NCBI GenBank assembly: GCA_963817895.1
Contig: CAWFQB010000006.1
Span: 128,001 to 192,000, forward strand
Reading direction: 5' to 3'
Source: an uncultured Chthonomonadaceae bacterium
Lineage (GTDB): Bacteria > Armatimonadota > Chthonomonadetes > Chthonomonadales > Chthonomonadaceae
DNA length: 64,000 nucleotides
The position numbers and the translations under genes are program-made. The notes beneath the pieces were generated by a model. That model was not told the origin of the DNA. It did not search any database and saw only the letters and a program-made list of their open reading frames with translations. Shown here in pieces: positions 31,250 through 41,431 of the stretch (position 1 is its first letter; each line of letters starts with the position of its first letter).

Positions 31250-32293
31250 TCAAAGCGGTGTACCGGGTTCGGGCCAGCCGTCTGGTGTCCAGATAAGCGG
31301 GCGGATTTGCAGGGTGGGGACGCCATTGGCGGCTTTGTCGTAGTAGTGGTAGGCGAGGTAGTCTGTTCCCGCGTCGCGCATAATGGCGCAATGGCCGGGG
31401 CCGATGACGTTACCCTGTGAGGCGAGAACGAGGGTTCCGCCGCCGTCTAGCAATGCTTTGCCGTCGCGGTCTGCATACGGGCCTTCGACGTTGGTGGCGC
31501 GTCCGACGCGGATATTGTACGTGCTGTTGACGCCCCGGCAGCAGAAGTCGAAGGACACGAACAGATAAAAGAATTTGCCGCGCTTGATGAGGAAGGGCGC
31601 TTCCATCGCATCGGGCGAGGGGCGGCGGGCAAGGGCGATCACGCTGTTTTGAGTATTGGCATTTTGGTCAGTGCTTCGATTGCCTGCGGCTGGTGGAAAT
31701 GGTTTGCCGGTATGCGCGTCGAGATAGAGGAGTTTGATGCCCGACCAGAACGAGCCAAAGGTGAGCGCGAGTTTATCTTTCGACAGCGGCAGAATGTTGG
31801 GATCAATGGCGTTGTAATCGTCGTGTTGCGTGGATTCGAAAACCTTGCCCTCATCCGTCCAATGGTATTCTTGACTTGCCGGATCGAGCGTTTTGTTGGA
31901 AGCGGTTCCGATCAGCGAATGGTTTTTGCCGAACGTAGATACGGTGTAGTACAGGTGAAAGCGTCCGTTGTAAAAACTGATGTCGGGCGCCCAGATTCCC
32001 CGGCTGTCCGGCAGTTCCGTTTTGGCCCACGCGGGAACGTTTTCCGCAAACACGCGCCCCATAACTTCCCACTGCTTCAGGTCTTTCGAGCGTCGAAACG
32101 GAATCCCCGGCCCGGTCGCAAACACATAGTAATACGCCCCGTCCCTGATGATGCACGGATCATGTACAAATCGGGCGGTGTTGTTCGGCGCAGATGAATT
32201 GCCCGCGCCGCTTTGCGGAAACGGCGCGGGAACAGGCGCTTGCAACAATGGGAACAGGCAAACCCCAAGCAGAACCGGAAAAGGTTTGTTCAA
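31250..32293 (-). CDS. GH43 arabinan endo-1,5-alpha-L-arabinosidase
   Basis: VHDP, IWAPDI, YNAIDP, FGSFWSGIK, EAPF, FDFCCRG, GPGH; start uncertain (TTG 32293; ORF open to 32350). Confidence 0.9.
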   Translation of the reverse strand: MNKPFPVLLGVCLFPLLQAPVPAPFPQSGAGNSSAPNNTARFVHDPCIIRDGAYYYVFATGPGIPFRRSKDLKQWEVMGRVFAENVPAWAKTELPDSRGIWAPDISFYNGRFHLYYTVSTFGKNHSLIGTASNKTLDPASQEYHWTDEGKVFESTQHDDYNAIDPNILPLSKDKLALTFGSFWSGIKLLYLDAHTGKPFPPAAGNRSTDQNANTQNSVIALARRPSPDAMEAPFLIKRGKFFYLFVSFDFCCRGVNSTYNIRVGRATNVEGPYADRDGKALLDGGGTLVLASQGNVIGPGHCAIMRDAGTDYLAYHYYDKAANGVPTLQIRPLIWTPDGWPEPGTPL

Positions 32294-32580
32294 GGTTTCG
32301 GTTCTCCTACTTTCTTGCGTGGTATGTTTGTGCTTACCACGGCCTGGCAAGCAATCGTAAGCGTATTTAGAATGCGCGAAAAATTGGTATTTCTGTAACG
32401 TAGCGGAATAACGGACAAGGGAAGGGCTTTGCCCGTGCGCTTCCCTTTAGCAGCGACAGGACGTAACAACGGGCGTGGACCTGGCCCAGTGGCAATCCAG
32501 TGGGTCAGCGAAGTCTCGATATTTCCGTGAGGATGTGCCAGAGTTATAATCACATCTTCTTCTTGAAGTTGGTACGCCAT
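32290..32580 (-). CDS. Small hypothetical protein
   Basis: 96-aa ORF with WIATGPGPRP and PLSVIPLRYRN segments. Confidence 0.5.
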   Translation of the reverse strand: MAYQLQEEDVIITLAHPHGNIETSLTHWIATGPGPRPLLRPVAAKGKRTGKALPLSVIPLRYRNTNFSRILNTLTIACQAVVSTNIPRKKVGEPKP

Positions 32581-32634
32581 AGAATGTTCTACTATCCCGC
32601 GTCAACGTTATTCTAACACGGAGGGTACAATGAG

Positions 32635-33045
32635 TTACGCGGATGCAGGTGGCATTATAATAATTGTGGGCTTGTTCAGTTCCGAGTCGCTATCAAGCAA
32701 ATCTATGATGTGCTGATACTGGCGCGGTTCCTGGTTCCACGCATCTTCCAATTCCTCTACCTGTACAAAGGCTACCTTCGGATGGTTATTCAGAAGGTAC
32801 TGCAAATAGTTTCTGTCCGCTTCCTGCGCAGAACCGCGTTTCGCCGGACACAAGAAACCGGAACCTGACCCCGAATTGGCTCCGCCGCCGAACGTCAAGC
32901 CTCGTTCCTCGATAGCGTCAACCAGAGCAGACATAAACGCCTGCAACGCCCCACGGTTTTGATGTTCATGGAACTGCCACACAATCAGGAAGCCGAACTC
33001 TTGAAACTCGTCCCGGTGCAGTTTTTTGCGCAGACGCTTGCGCAT
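32635..33045 (-). CDS. yggL: YggL family (DUF469) ribosome-binding protein
   Basis: MRKRLRKKLHRDEFQEFGF, FGGG, LEDAW. Confidence 0.85.
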   Translation of the reverse strand: MRKRLRKKLHRDEFQEFGFLIVWQFHEHQNRGALQAFMSALVDAIEERGLTFGGGANSGSGSGFLCPAKRGSAQEADRNYLQYLLNNHPKVAFVQVEELEDAWNQEPRQYQHIIDLLDSDSELNKPTIIIMPPASA

Positions 33046-33526
33046 AAGGGATACTCACCAAAAACTTGTCTCAGTCAGCGCGGACTCTGTTGCCACCCGT
33101 CATCTATATCTGCCGCATAAAAGCGATTAAATGTTATTCACAGCCTCGCGCGCGATTTTTCTTTGTTGCGCGCGATTTTTTTGCCTGCGACACTTCTAAA
33201 ATCGCGCCTGAGTGTTAATAGAGGGCGCATGAAAAACAGAGTCAGGATATACGAGAGAACACCGAAGGAGGTGAAAGCAGCTGCCTGTCCACTCCCGTTC
33301 GCCTTAACCACTCGGAGGTCACGACGCCTCTACTTGACAACCGCATATTAGTACAACGGGACATCGTAGCTGAAAGCGCTGCATTGCCACTATTTCGACG
33401 CTGTCTCCCTATATTGCTCCTCTTCCATAAACGCGCCTCCCTCCCCTGGCGCAAGGAAGCGCGTTTGCTTCGCTTTAACGCGCTAATATGAATGCGCGGC
33501 AAGGAGAGGGCCGGGGTGAGGTAAAA

Positions 33527-35626
33527 TTAACCCTCCTCACTCGCGTACTGGTCTTTGAGGCTGGCGAAACTGTTGGGATCGGCGAGCGTGGTGACGTCGC
33601 CCGGGACGCGGCCTTCGACAACGTCGCGCAGCAATGTTCGCATGATTTTGCCGCTGCGGGTTTTGGGCAGTTCGGGAATTATAATTACGTCGTCGGGGCG
33701 GAAGATGGCGCCGAGTTTCATGGCGACAAACGCTTTCAGTTCGCTGCTCAGGGCTTTAAGAGCGGCTTTATCGTCTTTGTCGGGCGCGCGTCCTTCGCGG
33801 ATGATGACGAACGCGATTGGGACTTGTCCCTTGACCTCGTGCGTTTTGCCGACAAATCCTGATTCCGCCACAGCCGGATGCTCCACAAGCGCGCTTTCCA
33901 ATTCCATCGTGCTGATGTTGTGACCGGCGACGATGATAATGTCGTCTACCCGTCCCAACAGCCAGAAATTGCCGTCCACATCCCGCATCGCGCCGTCGCT
34001 TGGGAAATACAGGCCGGGAAACGCGCTCCAGTACACCTGTTTGTACCGCTCATCGTTGCCCCACAGCGTTCGCAGCATGGAGGGCCAGGGCTTGCGAATG
34101 ACCAGAATCCCCTTTTTCCCATCGGGAACCGGATTGCCCTTCTCGTCCACCACATCCGCCACAATGCCGGGGAACGGGCGAGTCGCGCTGCCGGGCTGCG
34201 TTGTGGTCAGGCCAGGCAGGGGCGTTATCAGTATCGCGCCCGTTTCCGTCTGCCACCACGTATCCACAATCGGGCAGTTGCCATTCCCGATATGTTCGTG
34301 ATACCACAGCCACGCTTCCGGGTTGATGGGTTCGCCCACGCTGCCCAATAATCGTAAACTCGACAGGTCATGCGCGCGCGGAAACTCATCCCCCCACTGC
34401 ATACACGACCGTATCAGCGTCGGCGCGGTGTACAGAATGGTAATCTTATGCCGCTCAATCATATCCCATAAACGCCCGTTATCAGGCAGGGATGAGGGAT
34501 GAGGGATGAGGGATGAGGCAGGATTATTTTCATCCCTCATCCCTCCGCCCTCATCCCTGCCTTGATCCGGCGCCCCTTCGTACATGAAGACGGTGGCGGC
34601 GTTGGAAAGAGGGCCGTACACGACGTAGGAGTGGCCGGTGATCCAACCGATGTCAGCCGTACACCAGTACAGGTCAGTGTCTTTGATGTCGAAGACCCAT
34701 TTGAAGGTGGTGTAGGCTCCGGTGAGATAGCCGCCCGTTGTGTGCAGGATGCCTTTGGGTTTGCCGGTGCTGCCGGATGTGTAGAGGATGAACAGCGGGT
34801 CTTCCCCATTCATGGGTTCGGGCGGGCAGTCGGGGGAAGCGTTAGCCATCAGGTCATGCCACCACAGATCGCGTCCGGGCTGCATGGTAATATTAGCCTG
34901 TTCGCCGATACGTTTTAAGACAATCACGTTTTCAACGGTGGGGCAACCCTCCGCCGCTTCATCTGTTGTCTGCTTGAGTGGCGCGATATTGCCATTGCCA
35001 TCATCGTCATCGGCAGCGATATGCAGCGCTTTATCAATTGTCTGTTTGAGCGGCACGATCTTGCCCCTGCGCCAGAAACCGTCCGCCGTGATAATGAGTT
35101 TGGAACCGCACTCAACAGTACGGTCTCGCAGGGCTTCGGCGGAAAAGCCGCCGAACACGACGGAATGGGGCGCGCCGATACGGGTACAGGCCAGCATCGC
35201 AATCGCAGCTTCGGGAACCATCGGCATGTACAGCATCACGCGGTCGCCCTTTTGCACATTCAGGCTTTTCAGAACATTGGCGAATTTGTTCACCTCCCGC
35301 GACAGTTCGGCAAACGTGAGCGTTCGGATGTCGCCGGGTTCGCCCTCCCATACGATAGCGCGTTTGTCGCCCCGCGTTTGCAAATGCCGATCCACGCAGT
35401 TCGCGCTGACATTCAGTTGCCCGTCGGCAAACCAGCGGGCATGGGGCGGGTTCCATTCCAGAACGGTTTGAAACGGCGTTGTCCAGGTCAGTTCGCGGGC
35501 GCAGTCGGCCCAGAACGCCTCCGTATCCGCATTGGCTTTGGCGTAAATATCGGGATTGTTGGCGTTGGCCTGCCGCGCGAAATCAGCGGGCGGCGGAAAG
35601 GTTTGCGGCGTTGCATTGGTGGTCAC
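33527..35626 (-). CDS. acs: Acetate--CoA ligase with two in-frame insertions
   Basis: [62 protein letters not shown]. Confidence 0.95.
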   Translation of the reverse strand: MTTNATPQTFPPPADFARQANANNPDIYAKANADTEAFWADCARELTWTTPFQTVLEWNPPHARWFADGQLNVSANCVDRHLQTRGDKRAIVWEGEPGDIRTLTFAELSREVNKFANVLKSLNVQKGDRVMLYMPMVPEAAIAMLACTRIGAPHSVVFGGFSAEALRDRTVECGSKLIITADGFWRRGKIVPLKQTIDKALHIAADDDDGNGNIAPLKQTTDEAAEGCPTVENVIVLKRIGEQANITMQPGRDLWWHDLMANASPDCPPEPMNGEDPLFILYTSGSTGKPKGILHTTGGYLTGAYTTFKWVFDIKDTDLYWCTADIGWITGHSYVVYGPLSNAATVFMYEGAPDQGRDEGGGMRDENNPASSLIPHPSSLPDNGRLWDMIERHKITILYTAPTLIRSCMQWGDEFPRAHDLSSLRLLGSVGEPINPEAWLWYHEHIGNGNCPIVDTWWQTETGAILITPLPGLTTTQPGSATRPFPGIVADVVDEKGNPVPDGKKGILVIRKPWPSMLRTLWGNDERYKQVYWSAFPGLYFPSDGAMRDVDGNFWLLGRVDDIIIVAGHNISTMELESALVEHPAVAESGFVGKTHEVKGQVPIAFVIIREGRAPDKDDKAALKALSSELKAFVAMKLGAIFRPDDVIIIPELPKTRSGKIMRTLLRDVVEGRVPGDVTTLADPNSFASLKDQYASEEG

Positions 35627-35843
35627 GGTTCGGTTACTCCTTGCGAAATACAGGGTTGTTGCGTGTGTTGTTCGACGAACACGCCCTTCATTCCTTCCAC
35701 GCCTTCACCGGCGCAGCGCAATAAAATGTTAAAAATATTCCTTGCGAATACAGGGATTCACGCGGCGCAGGGAGAATACGACGAGTGTGCTTTTTTCTCA
35801 ACGCCGCTTCGGGCGGCATACCGTTTCTGGAAGGAGACCGATA

Positions 35844-36066
35844 TGACTCGCATTCTTCGTTCTTCCGCGCCGAGTCCCGCAACCTGCGCGGCGCGATGCT
35901 TCTTCTCATGGGCTGCCTGCTGGCGGGATTGCTGGCCGGCTGCGGCGGCGGTTCAAGCGCCGTCAGCGCCAACAGCAAGGGCGTGATTTATGGCGACAAC
36001 AGAGCCGCCAACACCGGCGCTGCTCCCGCGGATAAGACGACGCGCGGACTTGTCGTGGCCGAGTAG
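35844..36066 (+). CDS. Small lipoprotein (probable indel near 35865)
   Basis: AAGGAG RBS before ATG 35844; LLAGLLAGCGGG lipobox lies in a shifted frame. Confidence 0.45.
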
Positions 36067-36262
36067 CCCTCACCGGGCGTCCGCCTGTGAACACGCCCCT
36101 CTCCCAAAAGCGAATTTCAAAGCGATACAGAAGTCCACTTTTGAGGAGAGGGGATGCCAATACTACGCAGGAATGGGCGGATACAATACGGGCTAACTTA
36201 TTGCGCCGCACAACGCGGATTTGTATAGATTTACCTGGCAGAGCGGCGGGCAGGCGAAAATG

Positions 36263-36315
36263 CTGTGAAAATTTTCACAGGACGCTTGTTAAATTCGCCA
36301 CATTAGGGTTATAAT
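36263..36315 (+). promoter_or_regulatory. CRP/FNR-type palindrome plus sigma70-like promoter of the NlpC/P60 gene
   Basis: CTGTGAAAATTTTCACAG (TGTGA-N6-TCACA, 36263-36280); TTGTTA 36286, 18-nt spacer, TATAAT 36310. Confidence 0.55.
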
Positions 36316-36490
36316 AGAGTCCTGTAAGTATTCCGGCCTACGTTTGCCGGAAGAGTTGAGTCTGCTGTAACGGTTTTTGCCCCTGATGGTGGAAGCTAGT
36401 AGGCTATAGCGCCGCACGGAGGGATCGAGGACGATCCCGCTTCAAGGTAGAAGCGAACACTCGCGGCGACCCGAAATGATCTACTAGAAA

Positions 36491-37250
36491 GTGAGGCAAA
36501 AACGAACATTGCTTATTTCCAATACCCGGCGTAAAAACGCCTCTTTGCTTTGCGTCCTCAGCGCCCTTGTTTGCGCGTCCGCCACGCTTCCCCTGCTTGT
36601 ACGCGCGGACCAGAAATCCAAAACACACTCCCACAAGTCCCAACCCACCCCCGCCGCGAAACCAAGCCCTGCTGCCACGCCTGTAGATCGCAGTGGAACG
36701 GTAGATCGCAGTGGCGGTATAGACCGCAGCGGCATGGTGGATCGGGGTACGGGCAGCGCCCTCGCGTCACGCGGCATGAACATCACCCGCACCGCGCAGC
36801 AGTTCAAAGGGCTTCCCTATGTATGGGGTGGCACATCGCCTAAACACGGTTTCGACTGTTCCGGCCTGGTGCAGTACGTTTACGCCAAATGGGGCATCTA
36901 TCTGCCGCGCTGCGCCAGCGAACAGGTCAATAAAGGCGTTGCGGTCTCGAAAAGCGAACTTCAGGCGGGCGATCTGGTTTTCTTCAAGAACACCTACAAG
37001 CGCGGCCTGTCGCACGTCGGCATTTTCATTGGCGACGGCTGGTTTATCCATGCTGCCAGTGAGCGCACCGGAGTTATTTTGAGCCGTCTGGACGAAGGGT
37101 ACCACAAAAACCACTGGTACGGCGCGGCGCCGCCTCGATCTATCCAAACTGCCGCCCGTTGCCGGTGAAGAGCAGCAGGTATCCCGCGTAATTCTGGAAG
37201 AACCCACTATTGGCGACCCTCTGCCATCCCCGGAACCCTCGGCGCAATAA
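36491..37250 (+). CDS. NlpC/P60 (C40) peptidoglycan endopeptidase; C-terminal indel near 37130
   Basis: PYVWGG, GFDCSGLVQYVY, GDLVFF, HVGIF, FIHA; VDRSG repeats; shifted frame ends at TAA ~37250. Confidence 0.88.
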
Positions 37251-37285
37251 AAACCACCGGTATCTTATCGGTAAGAGTAGTGTTG

Positions 37286-37317
37286 AAGCGGCCTTTGTAC
37301 ATGTACAAAGGCCGCTT
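37286..37317 (+). terminator. Perfect 32-bp palindrome, probable terminator
   Basis: AAGCGGCCTTTGTACATGTACAAAGGCCGCTT after the NlpC/P60 gene. Confidence 0.6.
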
Positions 37318-38079
37318 TAACTCTGCCAATGGTTATAAAAAGTAACACTTTACTTTGGATTTAAAATGTTGTATACTGCTGTAGAAGAATTACCGGGTAG
37401 ACATGTGATACCCCCTCCATTTCTGCGCGCATGTTGCCGATAATTCTTAAGGGACTCCGTTTGTACTCCACGCCCTGCCGCGCGTATATTCTCCCCTTTC
37501 TCTTTTCCGGTCCTGATCTCCGGTGAAATCGGTTTGCGCCTGTTCACGCCAACAGCGTTTACCGGTTTGCTTTGCCCTGCGTGTCGAGCCACTCCGATGT
37601 TGTGAGATGGCGGCGCGGTTTGTGTTCGCTGACGCCTGTCCTGTCGCATCGTCCCCGTTTGGTGTTCCAATTGCAGCCCTGCCACGCCCGCGTTGTTCCT
37701 GTTGTTTCCGTCCGCAGACATGCCCTTGCTGTCGCGGCAAACCAGGCGGTGTGTGCTGACCCTCCTCATGCCATCTCTTCTTCTCTTCCCGGCATCCGCT
37801 GTAATTCCTTCGCGCGGCGCTTCAACCGCTGTTTCCTCATGGAAGCGCCCCGCGCCTTGCCAGAACCGGCAAGATTACATTCCCAATTGTTTCTCCAAAT
37901 CTGGAAAGTAACTTATTGGGAAAAGCGCGTTTGCGGCGCAGGGTTTCTCCACATCGGGTTCCTCATCATCAAGAGTGGGAGGGGAACCAGAAGATGTGGC
38001 CTGTTTACGGCAGACAACTGTCGGCAGCCCCTGTCGCCGCGTAGTAGCGCGCTCCCACTCGTGTAAGAAGGAGCAGGAT

Positions 38080-41000
38080 ATGCGACGTCGTTCGTCGTTT
38101 GTAACATACTTGAGCGCGGCACTTGGCCTTACCGCCCTGAACTGCGCGCCCACCGCGCGGGCGCAGGATACGCAGCAGGTCTATACCGATACGCTGGGAG
38201 CCGGCTGGCAAAGCTGGTCGTGGTGCGTGACCGACTTTGCTTCCCACGACTACGCCCACAGCGGAACCTCCAGCATCAAAGCCACCATCACCGCAGCCTA
38301 TCAGGGGCTGTATCTGCATTGCGACAACCTTGCCGGTTCGCAGTATTCCACCATCACCTTCTGGATACACGGCGGAAACACTAACGGGCGCAGCCTGCAA
38401 ATTTCAGGCATCATCAACAACAACTATGTCGGCAACATTTCGCTCAACCCGTTCATTGCGGGCGGCAGTGTGGCGGCGGGGCAGTGGCGGCTCGTGACCG
38501 TTCCGCTGTCCGCGCTCGGACTTGCCGGCACGTCCGCCATGAACGGCTTCTGGATTGCCGACACGGGAACCAACGGGCAGCCCGCCTTCTATGTGGACGA
38601 TGTCGCGCTCAACGCCAGGCCCGTCAACAACGGGCCGGTCGCCATCAAGGTGGACGCCGCCGCCAATCGCCATGCCATCAATCCGCAGATTTACGGCAGC
38701 GCGTTTGCCGGACAGGATATGCTCACTGATCTCAACATCACACTCAACCGACAGGGCGGCAACACGGCTTCCACCTACAACTGGCAGCAGAACGCTTCCA
38801 ACCATGCCAGCGACTGGTACTTTGAGAGCATGCTCGAAGGCAACGCCGTACCCGGCGATAGCGTGAACGGCTTGATTATTCCCACACTCGCCGCGCATGC
38901 GCAGGCCATGATTACCATTCCCACCCTGGGCTGGGTCGCCAAACTGGGAGCCAACGGCAGCAAACTGTCGAGTTTTTCCGCGAAAAAGTACGGCGCGCAA
39001 CAGTATTATGATGGCTGGATGCCCGATGCGGGCAATGGCGTCAAGTCCAATGGACAGAACGTCGCGGGCAACGATCCCAACGACGCCAATGTCGCCGCCG
39101 ACTCCACCTTTCAGCAGAACTGGGTCAAGTACCTCACCGGGCGGTACGGCACGGCGGCTAAAGGCGGCGTGTCTTATTACCTGCTGGACAATGAGCCGAG
39201 CATCTGGCACTACACGCACCGCGATGTTCATCCCACCGGCGCCACTATGGACGAGATTAAGAACAAAATCGTAGATTACGCGGCCAAAATCAAAGCGGTG
39301 GATCCGGGCGCGCAGATCGTCGGCCCGGAAGAGTGGGGCTGGAGCGGTTATTTCTATAGCGGCTATGACCAGCAGTACGGCAACGCGCATGGCTGGGGCT
39401 ATCTGCCCGACCGCGCCAATCATGGGGGCATGGACTACCTGCCCTGGCTGCTGTCTTCGCTGAAAAGCTACGATACGGCCAACAGAACGAAGTCGCTGGA
39501 TGTGTTCAGCCTGCACTACTACCCGCAGGGCGGCGAGTTCAGCAGCGATGTCTCGACGGGAACGCAATTGCTGCGCAACCGCAGCACCCGCAGCCTGTGG
39601 GACCCGAACTACGTGGATGAGACGTGGATCGGTACGCAGGTGCAGCTGATCCCGCGCATGAAGAGTTGGGTCAACTCCTACTATCCGGGCTTGAAGACGG
39701 CCATCACGGAGTACAACTGGGGCGCGGAGGGCAGTATCAACGGCGCTACCGCGCAGGCCGACATTCTGGGCATCTTCGGGCGCGAAGGGCTGGACATGGC
39801 GGCGCGATGGGCTACGCCCGACCCGTCTACGCCCACCTACAAGGCCATGAAGATGTTCACGCAACGTGGACGGCAGCAATACCGGCTTTGGCGATACCAG
39901 CGTCAGCGATACGGTTCCCGACCCGGACAATGTGAGCAGTTTCGCTTCGATTCGCAGCAGCGACGGCGCGCTCACCATCCTGCTCATCAACAAGGCTCTG
40001 AGCGGTACGCCAACGGCCAATATCAGCCTTGCCAACTTCACGCCCGCCGCCACCGCGCAGGCCTGGCAGTTGACATCGGCCAACACCATCACGCCGCTCG
40101 GCAAGGTGAATGTCGCCAACAACGCCGTTACGCTGGCTCTGCCCGCGCAGAGCGTCACGCTGTTGACGATTCCGAATAAATCGCAGCCGGCACAAAGCGT
40201 GTCGGCGTATCGTATCAACTGCGGCGGTTCTGCCGCAGGCGTGTTTGCCTCCGACCAGTACTACACGACGACGGGACTGACGTACAGCACGACGACCACA
40301 ATGGACACGAGCAGGGTGAGCAACCCGGCTCCGCAAGTCTGCTACCAGAGCGAACGCTTTACCACGTCCGGTGGCCCACTCACCTACGCCGTGCCGAACT
40401 TGACCCCCGGCAGCAGCTACACGGTTCGCCTGCACTTTGCCGAAGTGTGGTGGACAGCGGCAAACCAGCGCGTGATGAACATCAGCATCAACGGCAACGC
40501 CGTCCAGAACAACTTCGACCTCGTGGCCGAAGCCGGAGGACGCTACAAAGCGCTCGTCAAGGAGTTTACCGCCGCTGCCGACAGTAGCGGAACCATGACC
40601 ATCAGCCTGGGCAGAGTGCAGGGGAATCCCGCCCTCAACGCCCTGGAAATAGTTCGCAAGGTTTCTCAACCCGTCCGAACCAACTGTGGCGGGGCCGCTT
40701 CCGCCACATTCTCGGCGGATCAGTACTACACGACGACGGGACTGACGTACAGCACGACGACCACAATGGACACGAGCAGGGTGAGCAACCCGGCTCCGCA
40801 AGTCTGCTACCAGAGCGAACGCTTTACCACGTCCGGTGGCCCACTCACCTACGCCGTGCCGAACTTGACCCCCGGCAGCAGCTACACGGTTCGCCTGCAC
40901 TTTGCCGAAGTGTGGTGGACAGCGGCAAACCAGCGCGTGATGAACATCAGCATCAACGGCAACGCCGTCCAGAACAACTTCGACCTCGTGGCCGAAGCCG

Positions 41001-41126
41001 GAGGACGCTACAAAGCGCTCGTCAAGGAGTTTACCGCTACTGCGGACAGCAGCGGCAAGATCACGGTATCGCTGGGCAGAGTGCAGGGAGAATCCCGCCC
41101 TCAACGCCCTGGAACTTGTGCCTTAA
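38080..41126 (+). CDS. Secreted GH44 endoglucanase/xyloglucanase with N-terminal CBM-like domain and two malectin domains (indels near 39865 and 41090)
   Basis: RQGGNTASTYNW, DWYFES, YLLDNEPSIWH.THRDVHP, GPEEWGW, LDVFSLHYYPQ, RSTRSLWDP, AITEYNWG; malectin YTVRLHFAE..RVMNISING..FDL. Confidence 0.88.
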
Positions 41127-41179
41127 CAGCAATCCCGTTCACAATAAGGCGTGAGGAATACTCTTCTCCTGACGCTGCA

Positions 41180-41231
41180 TAACCGCTTTCCGCAAGCGTT
41201 TCCACCTGGAATAGCTTGTGGAAAGCGGTTG
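41180..41231 (+). terminator. Hairpin after the GH44 gene
   Basis: AACCGCTTTCCGCAAGC ... GCTTGTGGAAAGCGGTT followed by a T-rich tract. Confidence 0.5.
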
Positions 41232-41431
41232 TTTCTATTTGTTTTCACGAGTGGAGCGCGAATATTTTGCAGACTCCGGTAGACATACGAGGAGAACAAT
41301 CCGTGTCAACAGCGCAGGCCCTTGTAAACGTATGGTACACTTGTATTGGTTAATGCTTCCCTGCCTATTCTCCACATCTTTTCAGATGTTTTGCTATGTC
41401 TGCTCTAACCAGACCAAATCGGGAGTCGTTT

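Noticed and set aside
37330..38070. ORFs or ncRNA in the long region upstream of GH44
   Set aside because: No convincing coding signal or RNA motif recognised.
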